Source of the DNA: Candidatus Omnitrophota bacterium
GTDB lineage: Bacteria; Omnitrophota; Gorgyraeia; Gygaellales; JAQTUX01
Length of the DNA stretch: 64,000 nucleotides
Direction of reading: 5' to 3'
NCBI GenBank assembly: GCA_028707125.1
Contig: JAQTUX010000001.1
Location: 1,194,438 to 1,258,437 of the forward strand
The notes under the pieces were generated by a model. It saw only the letters and a program-made list of their open reading frames with translations, was not told the DNA's origin and searched no databases. This document shows, piece after piece, positions 1 through 8,537 of the stretch; position 1 is the stretch's first letter, and each line of letters starts with the position of its first letter. The translations under genes and the position numbers were made by a program.

Positions 1-3000
1 CCTCGTGCGGCAAGCCAACTATCCATCTGTCCCGCCTGGAATTGTCAAATATCGTCAGCGTTATCCTGTCATCCGAGCCAATAGACAGGTCGCCCAATTC
101 AGTAACCTGCGCGCGGGAAACCAGTCCGTTCTCAAGCGCGATCGCCGTGGTAGAAGCGGTATTAACCAGAGAAGATCCCGCGCCGTCATATATATAGGTA
201 TCCTGGCGCGCCGCGTAAGGCAGATAGCTTCTGCCTGCTACAGCATCGGCCTCATTAACATCGCCGCCTGAAGAGACGTCTTTTATCCGCCATTGTGTCA
301 GCTGACGGGAATAGATGTTGCCTGAAGGGTCCTTTGTCAGCGCCTCTTTGGCCCTGCCTTTTAATATTTCTCCCTGCTCAAAGTATGTTTCTGTGTAATT
401 GCCTTCCGCGTCGGTCGTCTTAACGTAACCGAAGCCGCGGAAGTCCTTATCCGGGATATCGTAAAGCCCGCCCGCGTAGAAATAGGACGTCCTGTAAGAA
501 CTCCCCTGGCCGTCCGAAACCAAACTCGCCGTAAGCACAGGAAGCGTAAACGGCAGATCGGTCTGCTCATCGCCGCCCTTATTGTCAAACCGCGAAGAAG
601 CCCCGTATTCAAGGTCTAAAGATCCGCCCAAACCATTCTCTACCTTGCGAAGCAGATCAGGAAACTCTCCCTGTGACAGCGCCAGCTCTAAATTACCCGA
701 AGCGCCGTAGGCGAAGAAGTCGGTCAGGCCGTCGCCGTTATAATCCGCCGACTGGATCTGCGATGTGGGATCGCTGAAAATAACATAGAGGTTTACTTCC
801 TTTATATCGCCAAAACACAGCCCTTTTGACGGCTTATAAAACATCCTGCCGGTAGAATAATCATAATAGCCGATATCGGTCAGCCCGTCTGAATTAAAGT
901 CGGAGACCACAAAGTTTTTCTTCGCGCCGAATCCGGAAACAACTTCCAGATCCCTGAACTGCGAATCCAACTGGCCGGTATTCAGGGCTATCTGCCAGTT
1001 TCCGCTGTCATAATTAAAGGAACCGATATCTGCCAGGCCGTCGGCGTTAAAGTCGCCTGTAAAGGGAATATCGTTCTCGCCTCCCGCCTCGCGCTCAGTA
1101 GGAAGTATCTCCAGGCCGCCGCCTATATAAACGGCGTATTTAGAATAAAGCTTGCCTCCCGACTTATAGAAAACGCAGACATCCGTCAGTCCGTCGGCGT
1201 TAAAGTCGCCTGTGCCGTATTGCCAATCCCTATCCATCCCCGAAAGCCGCACCCCCGCGTCAACGAACTTCTTGCCGTCCGATAAGGCAAGCCTCATGCT
1301 GCCTCCGGTAGAACTGATGCCTGCGGCATCTGTCCTGCCGTCGCCGTTAAAGTCGCCTAAAAGAAGTCTGCCGTCTTTGGCAAAGTCCTCAATCCACGCC
1401 TCTTTGGGAAGGAATGCCGTGCCGTTGGATAATGACACCATCACCTTGCCGGAAGAAGGGATGAACGTACCCGCGTCTGCCAGGCCGTCGGCGTTAAAAT
1501 CGCAGGAGAGCTGAGGCAGGATTACCTGCGTAGAATTCATCAGATCAACGTTATCCGCAAGGGCGTAATTCAGGTCGCAATTAATACTTTCGTGTTGATT
1601 ATACGCGGTGATCTCAATAAGGTTATAGCCCTCTTTTAAATGCCACGGCTCGCCGGCAACGCTGCGAGAATAGTCGCCGTTCAGCCAGACCGCGTCAATA
1701 CCCCTGAGCGGCACGTTAAGTGTCTTTGGCTGCTTTACGTAGACATAAGTCCAGAACCAATTAGCCGCATCCTGCGAACTGGAGAAATGGAGGTTTCCGT
1801 TGGACTCAATACTCCAGCTTCCGTTTGACCAGCTGCCGGAAGATTTGACATATGGCCCCTCTACCCACTTTACACCAAATACCGGCTCAAAGGCAGGCCC
1901 GGGCACAGGCCCAAAATTGTCGTGGCCATAGTCAAATCCACCGTCAAAGCGGCAGTTCCAGAGGTTGTCGCCTTTCGTGGGATCGTCAGTAATGATGGAA
2001 ACGCTATATATGGGCTCGGGATTATCCTGATAAGTAAAGGTAAGCGCGGGCATGGCGGTTGTGCCGTCGGAGCCGTATTCTGTGACTGTCCTTAACAGCG
2101 AACGGCCGGTCTTTTTGCTATATTTGTAGCCAAAGACATACTTACGGATCAACCCTGTGTTGGAGTAAACGTTCACGGCCTTTAAGCGCCGCCTGGTCTC
2201 TATCTTGAACCCGCTGCGGTAGTTCTCGATGGGGTCTTCCCTTTCTTCTGTCTCAACCTCTGCCTCAACCCGCAAGCTCAGCCCCTGGCTGGCGTCTCCA
2301 TAACCGCCGCGGTCTGTTCCCGGCTTACCGGTATACCTGACCTCAAAGCTTCCGTTTTCAAGGTATTTGATAAACAGGTAATTTCCGTTTATGTCTTTGA
2401 TCTCGCTTAAGCGCCACCTGAAGACATCAGTGCCTTCGTATTCGCGTGAACGATCGCTCAATACGCTGTCTAAACCGAAATAATAGGTATTGCCCTGCTT
2501 GTCCCTGGCGCTCCAAGATGTCCCGTCAAAGGCGAACTTCATAAAATCGCCCTCTATTCTCGAACGGTATTCGTTGGCGCCCACGGATACTAATTCCGAA
2601 GCTGACCCGCCCAAAGAACAGATAAACGTATCTGTAGAGTCATACTTGGGGACGCCTTTCTTAGTAGAGCGCTCAATGCAGCCCATATCCATTCTCCAGC
2701 CCACGCCCAGCAGATCATTGCCTGATGAAGCGGAATAGCTTAATGCCAAATTGGGCTGGATACCCTTCCTTCCGGCAGGGGCATATATAGGAAAAGAAAT
2801 AACCGGTGAGCCGCTGTAGGGGTCAAGGTGGAAACTCTTGATCAGATTCTCCGGCATAGGCGCTGCGCCGGGAGCGTCTATGGAAAGAGGCCGCGCCTGT
2901 GAACCGGAAGACGAAATGTTTTCGCCGCTGCCGTAGCCCATAAGTTCCTCTGTGGTCACGGGAGACGGCGCAGCGGAAGCAGGCGCCTCATTCGCGTACG

Positions 3001-3082
3001 CGGCATCGCGCAAGCAAAACACAAACAGATGCGCTACTATCAGTACCAGTGAAATGGGCTTAAAGATCAACGGTTTCTTCAT
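1..3082 (-). CDS. Giant secreted SpvB-domain / FG-GAP-repeat protein (Tc-toxin TcB / Rhs-family-like), N-terminal ~1027 aa only; C-terminus lies beyond the window start
   Basis: ATG at 3080-3082 (minus), 3 nt after the stop of the upstream 754-aa gene. Hand translation gives a signal-peptide-like N-terminus MKKPLIFKPISLVLIVAHLFVFC. It then shows SpvB/TcdB N-terminal domain motifs (PIYAPAGRKGIQPNLALSYSASSGND, LGVGWRMDMGCIERSTKKGVPKYDSTDTF, YRSRIEGDF, GFKIETRRRL, PALTFTYQD). Many FG-GAP/VCBS-type repeats follow, such as GDFNADGLADIG (translated from 1021-1090) and CDFNADGLADAG (from 1441-1510). Frame checked open to position 2. No stop in window, which is why it is absent from the ORF track. 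Confidence 0.6.
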   Translation of the reverse strand, partial: MKKPLIFKPISLVLIVAHLFVFCLRDAAYANEAPASAAPSPVTTEELMGYGSGENISSSGSQARPLSIDAPGAAPMPENLIKSFHLDPYSGSPVISFPIYAPAGRKGIQPNLALSYSASSGNDLLGVGWRMDMGCIERSTKKGVPKYDSTDTFICSLGGSASELVSVGANEYRSRIEGDFMKFAFDGTSWSARDKQGNTYYFGLDSVLSDRSREYEGTDVFRWRLSEIKDINGNYLFIKYLENGSFEVRYTGKPGTDRGGYGDASQGLSLRVEAEVETEEREDPIENYRSGFKIETRRRLKAVNVYSNTGLIRKYVFGYKYSKKTGRSLLRTVTEYGSDGTTAMPALTFTYQDNPEPIYSVSIITDDPTKGDNLWNCRFDGGFDYGHDNFGPVPGPAFEPVFGVKWVEGPYVKSSGSWSNGSWSIESNGNLHFSSSQDAANWFWTYVYVKQPKTLNVPLRGIDAVWLNGDYSRSVAGEPWHLKEGYNLIEITAYNQHESINCDLNYALADNVDLMNSTQVILPQLSCDFNADGLADAGTFIPSSGKVMVSLSNGTAFLPKEAWIEDFAKDGRLLLGDFNGDGRTDAAGISSTGGSMRLALSDGKKFVDAGVRLSGMDRDWQYGTGDFNADGLTDVCVFYKSGGKLYSKYAVYIGGGLEILPTEREAGGENDIPFTGDFNADGLADIGSFNYDSGNWQIALNTGQLDSQFRDLEVVSGFGAKKNFVVSDFNSDGLTDIGYYDYSTGRMFYKPSKGLCFGDIKEVNLYVIFSDPTSQIQSADYNGDGLTDFFAYGASGNLELALSQGEFPDLLRKVENGLGGSLDLEYGASSRFDNKGGDEQTDLPFTLPVLTASLVSDGQGSSYRTSYFYAGGLYDIPDKDFRGFGYVKTTDAEGNYTETYFEQGEILKGRAKEALTKDPSGNIYSRQLTQWRIKDVSSGGDVNEADAVAGRSYLPYAARQDTYIYDGAGSSLVNTASTTAIALENGLVSRAQVTELGDLSIGSDDRITLTIFDNSRRDRWIVGLPHE

Positions 3083-3085
3083 ATC

Positions 3086-5350
3086 TTATTCGGGATCAGG
3101 TGGATTCCGTACAATATAGATATCCGACTCCTTTGATGCCTCTCCTGAGGAGCTGCGCGCGGTAACGCCCAGCGTATGCCGGCCGATATCCGCCGCAGAA
3201 GTACGCCATTCAAAATCATTGTCGCCTGAGAAATCCTGGACAACTTCATCGTCTATGGAGAAACGGAAGCTGAATACGCCGAAGACAGAACCGGTTGCCG
3301 AGGAGGAAAGCGTTACGGCCTGCCCTTCCGTGAACTTAGCTGCGTCTTGCGGAATAAAGCTTATTGCGCCCGTATCGGGAACTGAGCCGCGCAAAGAGAT
3401 CCGGTAGCTGCCCGTATCATTATAACCATCATCGTAAACATACAGAAAATACCTGCCTTCAGCCGCTGTCAAAGATGAACCCTCTGTATAGCTGACAGCG
3501 CCGCCGCGCTCGTTATACAGGATAAACGCCGGGTTAAAGCCGCCGCCCTGAGAAATGCTTGATACCTCAAATGAAATGACCTGCCCGGGGTTAAGGCCGC
3601 TGATAACGTAAGAATCCATCTCGCCTGCCAGAGATATGGCTGCCTCGGTATCCCCTGCCGACACCTCACTTGTATTCCCGGGGCTGTTGAGCCGCTGAAG
3701 GGTAAACCCCGCTCCGGCAGGTATACCTAATATATATTGGCCGTCTGAGCCGGCTGTGAATGTTCCGACAGAAGGGCTGATGCTGTTTGCCAGAGGGCCG
3801 TAAATTTCCGCGGAAGATGCCGACGCTATGAGGAATCTATCGCCCGAAGAGGCGTTAAAGCTGTAATAGGAAGCGGCGCCGGACGCGACCGCCCTGCCTA
3901 AGTCGATCTGCGGGGTGAGCGATATTTCCGCCGTGCCCTTCAAGGAGTAATCCTGCCTGTCAATACTGTCGGTAACGGAAAGATATACGTTTCTCCTGCC
4001 TGCGTATTGCTGCTTGAATATCAATCTCCAGCTTATGATCAGCCTCTTGCCGTCGCCCTCTACGCGCGCGCCTGTCCCGGCACAGAGCACTTTCACATAA
4101 TCGTTCTCCAGTATATTATCCGAGCCGGCAGCGTAGCTTCCAAGCCACCTTGCCTGCCCTCCTATCCCGGAGATCTTAAGGATATTGCTCTGGCGCTCGT
4201 AAGCCAGATAGAAGGCATTATCACCGTCTCCTATCTTAACATCTGTAATTATAATGTCCTCGGCTGTGTTTACGTCAAAAAAGGCGCTGCTCATAGTAAC
4301 CGGGGTATCTGTAAACGGCCTTTCAGGTGAAAAACTTACCCCTTCAGCCAAAGACGGCGCATCGGTGTCGTCGGCCGGCTCTATGTTGATGCTGCCGGCT
4401 TCTGCCCAGCCGGAAAACGCTCCGGAATAAGTAGTAGTCGCCGCAAACAACTTCTTTACGCCGGTAAAACCGGGCTTGAAGACAACGCGCCAGCTCACAA
4501 GCAGGTTCCCATTGTTTAAGCTGTATATAGCGCCGCCGTCTGCCAGAACAGCGCTAAACCTCGCGCGGGAATTCTCCACAGATACGTTGCTGCCCAGAAA
4601 GCTGCTTCCGGCATCACTGCGCAGATACAGCTTATTCTCTAACCTGTCATAGTAGGCATTTACCGCGTTGGCATCCGAGGGATCGGAACCTATAAGAAAA
4701 TGCGCTCTTCTTATCTGGGCCGCGCCGGTTGCCGTAGACCTGAACACATATTCCCTCCCTACGCTGATATCGCCGGAAGGGATATACAGGGACACCACAG
4801 GAGGAGGATCGGGTATGGTTATTTCGCCTTGCGGCGGCTTATACCAGCCCACAAATCTTCCCGGATCCCTGTCTGTTACTGCCATATAAATGGATTTCGC
4901 GCCTGCGAAGGCGCTTTTAAAGCTAAGCGACCACCGTACTATCAGGGTATTGGGGGTATTCTTGTCTATAGCCGTAGCCCGGCAATCCAGGGTTACATAG
5001 CTGTTGGAAATGGTATTGTTTGAGCCGGGGGCATAGCCGGCAAGCCACTGGCCGTTATCTCCCACAAGAGAAAGACGGTTGTTTGTATTCCTGTAAACAA
5101 GCCGTATTGAGGCAGAACCATCTTTGATGAGGAATTCAGCGAAGCGAATATCGTTTACCCCATCCTCATCCTGATACGTAGCAGTAAAGGTATAGGCCCT
5201 GTCGATCTCAAATGTGCCCGAGGATGGAGTTACAGAGACGTTCACGGGCGAAGCGGCAAAGGCAGGACAGAGAAAAAATAAAGACAGGAATACACAGATC
5301 ATTCCTGTCTTATAATTACAAATCATGGGCCTTTTTGTCTTGTTAACCAA
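3086..5350 (-). CDS. Secreted multidomain protein: signal peptide, three tandem ~150-aa homologous repeat domains, PPC (pre-peptidase C-terminal)-like domains and a C-terminal Ig/PKD-like domain
   Basis: 754-aa ORF. N-terminus MICVFLSLFFLCPAFA|ASPV looks like a Sec signal peptide. There are three internal repeats sharing a pattern of the form ...RxxFLI...N.L.L...G.W...Y..GS.N...N.YV.L.C...W.L.FK..F.G.K..Y...TD. The C-terminal half has PPC-like motifs such as SYYSFNASSGDRFLIASASS and RYFLYVYDDGYNDTGSYRISL. Stop TAA at 3086-3088 directly abuts the next gene. Confidence 0.65.
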   Translation of the reverse strand: MVNKTKRPMICNYKTGMICVFLSLFFLCPAFAASPVNVSVTPSSGTFEIDRAYTFTATYQDEDGVNDIRFAEFLIKDGSASIRLVYRNTNNRLSLVGDNGQWLAGYAPGSNNTISNSYVTLDCRATAIDKNTPNTLIVRWSLSFKSAFAGAKSIYMAVTDRDPGRFVGWYKPPQGEITIPDPPPVVSLYIPSGDISVGREYVFRSTATGAAQIRRAHFLIGSDPSDANAVNAYYDRLENKLYLRSDAGSSFLGSNVSVENSRARFSAVLADGGAIYSLNNGNLLVSWRVVFKPGFTGVKKLFAATTTYSGAFSGWAEAGSINIEPADDTDAPSLAEGVSFSPERPFTDTPVTMSSAFFDVNTAEDIIITDVKIGDGDNAFYLAYERQSNILKISGIGGQARWLGSYAAGSDNILENDYVKVLCAGTGARVEGDGKRLIISWRLIFKQQYAGRRNVYLSVTDSIDRQDYSLKGTAEISLTPQIDLGRAVASGAASYYSFNASSGDRFLIASASSAEIYGPLANSISPSVGTFTAGSDGQYILGIPAGAGFTLQRLNSPGNTSEVSAGDTEAAISLAGEMDSYVISGLNPGQVISFEVSSISQGGGFNPAFILYNERGGAVSYTEGSSLTAAEGRYFLYVYDDGYNDTGSYRISLRGSVPDTGAISFIPQDAAKFTEGQAVTLSSSATGSVFGVFSFRFSIDDEVVQDFSGDNDFEWRTSAADIGRHTLGVTARSSSGEASKESDIYIVRNPPDPE

Positions 5351-5393
5351 TGTAGAGCTCCGCTTTCCCCGGGTTGACCCTAACCCTTATTTT

Positions 5394-5427
5394 AGTATAA
5401 GTATACCATACAAAAAGCAATTGTCAA
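5394..5427 (-). promoter_or_regulatory. Sigma70-like promoter for the secreted-protein/toxin-like operon (-35 TTGACA, 16-nt spacer, -10 TATACT, tandem second TATACT)
   Basis: Minus-strand sense reads cTTGACAattgctttttgtatggTATACTtatact. -35 at 5427..5422, -10 at 5405..5400, about 45 nt upstream of the ATG at 5350, and immediately after the stop of the lipoyl-domain gene. Confidence 0.5.
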
Positions 5428-5448
5428 GCACCTTATGCGAAAGGTTTT

Positions 5449-5685
5449 TTACCCTTCCTCTATCCTGCCAAGGGCCTGGCCGACCTCCACGTCCGAGCCT
5501 TCCTGTGATAGTATTTCGGCAAGAGTGCCGCTGGCTGGGCTGGGCAGGTTAAAGGTGGCTTTATCGGTGGTAAGCTCAACCAGGTCATCGCCCTGATTGA
5601 CCTTTTCGCCCTCCTGGAAATACCAATACGATATGGTTGCCTTAGTTATGCCTTCTCCCAATTCCGGTAAGATTATCTGCGTCAT
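5449..5685 (-). CDS. Stand-alone lipoyl-attachment domain protein (E2-type lipoyl domain, 78 aa)
   Basis: MTQIILPELGEGITKATISYW...GDDLVELTTDKATFNLPSPASG is a canonical lipoyl domain with the lipoylatable Lys in TDKAT. No catalytic acyltransferase domain follows. It overlaps the lipB 3' end by 44 nt. Confidence 0.75.
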   Translation of the reverse strand: MTQIILPELGEGITKATISYWYFQEGEKVNQGDDLVELTTDKATFNLPSPASGTLAEILSQEGSDVEVGQALGRIEEG

Positions 5686-6307
5686 TGAAACCTCCGTCAG
5701 TTACAAATAGATTTGAAATATCCCCGGCCACCTTATCAATGGGTATGGTTTTACCCGATTCTTTCTGTATAGACGTCATCTCTATGTCCTGGCCGCAGGG
5801 CCTTATATAGGTAAATTCCAATAAGTCATTGTTGACATTGAGGGCAAATCCAAAAAAACTGACCCAGCGGCTGACGGCTATGCCTATGGAGCAGATCTTT
5901 TTCTCCCCTACCCATACCCCCCTGTTGCCGGTTTTGACCTCGCCGTTAACGCCGTATATGCGCAAAAGTTTACAGACATGGCCTTCTAACGCGCTCAAAT
6001 ACCAATGTATATCTTTTTTGTGCCTGCCTAAATCTAAGACGGGATAAACCACAAGTTGTCCCGGATTATGCAAAGTAACATCTCCGCCTCGCGGCGCCGA
6101 AACGACCCTGATACCTCTCTCAACCAGAAATGCCTCATCCTTAAGGATGTTTTGCCTGCCTGCCTTTCTACCCAGAACAACGCATGCCGGCGAATGCTCG
6201 CAGAATAATACGATATCGTCCGCGCCTGCCTTAACGCGGCTGACCGCGTCAATCTGCCTGTTAAACGCCGTTTCAAAGTCAATGATACCGAGATCGATGA
6301 AATCCAC
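5642..6307 (-). CDS. lipB: Lipoyl(octanoyl) transferase LipB
   Basis: 221 aa with LipB-family motifs (VLLGRKAG-like core, HNPGQLVVYPVLDL, GVWVGEKKICSIGIAV). Confidence 0.8.
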   Translation of the reverse strand: MDFIDLGIIDFETAFNRQIDAVSRVKAGADDIVLFCEHSPACVVLGRKAGRQNILKDEAFLVERGIRVVSAPRGGDVTLHNPGQLVVYPVLDLGRHKKDIHWYLSALEGHVCKLLRIYGVNGEVKTGNRGVWVGEKKICSIGIAVSRWVSFFGFALNVNNDLLEFTYIRPCGQDIEMTSIQKESGKTIPIDKVAGDISNLFVTDGGFNDADNLTGIGRRHN

Positions 6308-7629
6308 TATTGCCTCAGCGTCTCCTGGATCAGCTCGGATAATGAAGGATGGGCGAATATGGTATTATCAATGGAATCTTTACTGAGGTTGTTGTTGACC
6401 GCGCAGGTCAATAACGCGATCAGCTCGCAGGCAGACGGCCCGACAATTGTCGCCCCCAATATCCTGCCTGCCCCGTCGCGGGCGGGGCCTGTGCCGGACT
6501 CAACTAATATTTTAATGAACCCGTCGGTTTCGTTCATGATCTGCGCCATGCCGTTTGCCGGAAAATCCAATTTCTTCACAAGGTAGTTTATGCCTGCCTT
6601 TTTTGCTGCCTCTTCGTTAAGGCCCACGCTGGCAACCTCCGGCTCGGTAAATATACAGGTAGGAACCGCGCGCGTGTCTCTTTTTACCGGCTTATCCGGG
6701 TTCAGCATATTCCTCACTGCCAGGCGGCCCTCATACGCCGCCAGATGCGCCAATTGAATACTGCTTGAAGCATCGCCGGCAGAATATATGTTCCCGACGC
6801 CGGCCCGCAAATGATCGTCAACCACGATCCTGCCTTTTTCCGTCTTGATGCCTAATGAGGCATCAAACAGGCCTTCTGTATCGGCTACGCGGCCTATGGC
6901 CACCAGCACCTTATCAAATTCATCTAATTTCAGCGAGAATAAATCCGTCTTTGTCAAAACCTTGATCTTTTTCTTCCTGAAGGCCGACTCGATCTTCCGC
7001 GACGCCTCCGCGTCCTCTACCGGCAGCAGCCGCTCCAACATCTCTACTATCGTAACCTCCGAACCAAAGCTGCCGTATATTGAGGCAAATTCGCAGCCGA
7101 TAAATCCGCCGCCTACGATAAGCAGCTTCTCAGGCACCTCTGTAAATTCTAACGCGTGGTCGCTGGAAACTATTCTCCGCGAGTCGTATGCCAGCCGCGG
7201 CAGCCGCGCCGGTCTTGAACCGGTGGCGACAAGAATGAATTTTGCCGAGATCTTTTTATTCGCGGCCTCTATTTCGTTGGGTGAGATTATTTTCGCCGCG
7301 CCCTGGATGTAATCTACCCCGGACTTTTTTACGCGGAAATCCATCCCTCTTGAAAGCTTTTCTATGACCGCCTTACGCCAGTTCTGCGCCTGCTGAAAAT
7401 CAAACTGGGCCCCCCGCGGTTTTACGCCGAAAGAGGGTATCTTCTGTAAATGGGACAGCGCCTTCGCGGACTGGACAAACGCTTTGGTGGGTATGCAGCC
7501 CCTGTTCAGGCAGGTGCCGCCGATCTTATCCTTTTCGATCAGGCAGGTGTTGAGGCCGTTTTCTCTGGCGTACATAGCGGCGCTGAAACCCGCCCACCCT
7601 GCGCCGATTATCGCTAAGTCGTAATCCAT
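6307..7629 (-). CDS. lpdA: Dihydrolipoyl dehydrogenase (E3)
   Basis: MDYDLAIIGAGWAGFSAAMYARENG...GGTCLNRGCIPTK redox-active disulfide motif. The track ORF extends to 7752, but the start is reassigned to the ATG at 7627-7629 (MDYD...), 10 nt after the mdh stop. Confidence 0.85.
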   Translation of the reverse strand: MDYDLAIIGAGWAGFSAAMYARENGLNTCLIEKDKIGGTCLNRGCIPTKAFVQSAKALSHLQKIPSFGVKPRGAQFDFQQAQNWRKAVIEKLSRGMDFRVKKSGVDYIQGAAKIISPNEIEAANKKISAKFILVATGSRPARLPRLAYDSRRIVSSDHALEFTEVPEKLLIVGGGFIGCEFASIYGSFGSEVTIVEMLERLLPVEDAEASRKIESAFRKKKIKVLTKTDLFSLKLDEFDKVLVAIGRVADTEGLFDASLGIKTEKGRIVVDDHLRAGVGNIYSAGDASSSIQLAHLAAYEGRLAVRNMLNPDKPVKRDTRAVPTCIFTEPEVASVGLNEEAAKKAGINYLVKKLDFPANGMAQIMNETDGFIKILVESGTGPARDGAGRILGATIVGPSACELIALLTCAVNNNLSKDSIDNTIFAHPSLSELIQETLRQ

Positions 7630-8537
7630 CTGGTGGACTTCTTTATCTCTTCCGCCGACTCTGATAACCTTCTTTTCTCTTCGGCATTCAACTCTAACTC
7701 TATAATCTGCTCGATGCCTCTCCTGCCGATCCTGCAGGGCACGCCGACGCATACATCGTGAAGCCCGTATTCGCCTTCAAGGCAGCACGATACGGGGATG
7801 TCTTTATTCTCATCCTTTAATATCGCCTTTGCCAGATCGGCTATTGCCGCCGACGGCGCGAAATAAGCGCTGCCGCTGCCGAGCGCGCCTACGATCTCCG
7901 CGCCGCGTTCAACAGTGCGCCTGACAAGCTCATCCAGCGCGGCCTTGTCGAGCAGCTTATCAAGGGGGGCATTCTTTACACGGGAAAAACGCGGCAAGGG
8001 AAGCATCCCGGCTCCGTGCGCGCCTATGACCAACGCCTCTACTTCGGACTGAGGCACATTAAGCTCCCTGCTGATGAGGTTGGCGAAACGCGCGGAATCA
8101 AGCCCCGCGCCCATGCCTATGACCCTTTCCCTCCTGAAACCGGTTATCTTAAGGCCGAGCTGCGTCATTACGTCCAGCGGATTGGTCACAATTATCACAA
8201 TAGAATCATGCGCCAGGCGCCTGATCTCCAGGCAGATGCCTTTTATTATGTCGGCATTTTTCCTTAAGAGGTCTTCCCTGCTCATCCCGGGCCTGCGCGC
8301 CAGGCCCGCCGTTACAACGATCAAATCTGAGCCCTCTACATCGGAAATATTCTGCGACGAGAAAACGCGGTAATCCCTTTTGAATACAGCCGAGGAGTCC
8401 TCAAGATCCAGCTGTTTTCCCTTTGCCAGGCCCGCGGCAATATCTATCAAAAAAACATCCGCTATCGCCTCATCCAGAAGGCGCATAGCGGCCAGTCCGC
8501 CGACGTTCCCGGCGCCGATTATTGAAATCTTTGGCAT
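7614..8537 (-). CDS. mdh: Malate dehydrogenase (LDH-like MDH family)
   Basis: MPKISIIGAGNVGG Rossmann N-terminus and IVVTAGLARRPGMSREDLL substrate loop, typical of LDH-type MDH; 307 aa. Confidence 0.85.
   Translation of the reverse strand: MPKISIIGAGNVGGLAAMRLLDEAIADVFLIDIAAGLAKGKQLDLEDSSAVFKRDYRVFSSQNISDVEGSDLIVVTAGLARRPGMSREDLLRKNADIIKGICLEIRRLAHDSIVIIVTNPLDVMTQLGLKITGFRRERVIGMGAGLDSARFANLISRELNVPQSEVEALVIGAHGAGMLPLPRFSRVKNAPLDKLLDKAALDELVRRTVERGAEIVGALGSGSAYFAPSAAIADLAKAILKDENKDIPVSCCLEGEYGLHDVCVGVPCRIGRRGIEQIIELELNAEEKRRLSESAEEIKKSTRWITT

Noticed and set aside
7630-7752. 41-codon N-terminal extension of lpdA in the ORF track (MRRRALQDRQ...)
   Set aside because: It lies inside the mdh coding region. 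The canonical FAD-binding N-terminus MDYDLAIIGAG starts at the ATG at 7627-7629, just after the mdh stop.
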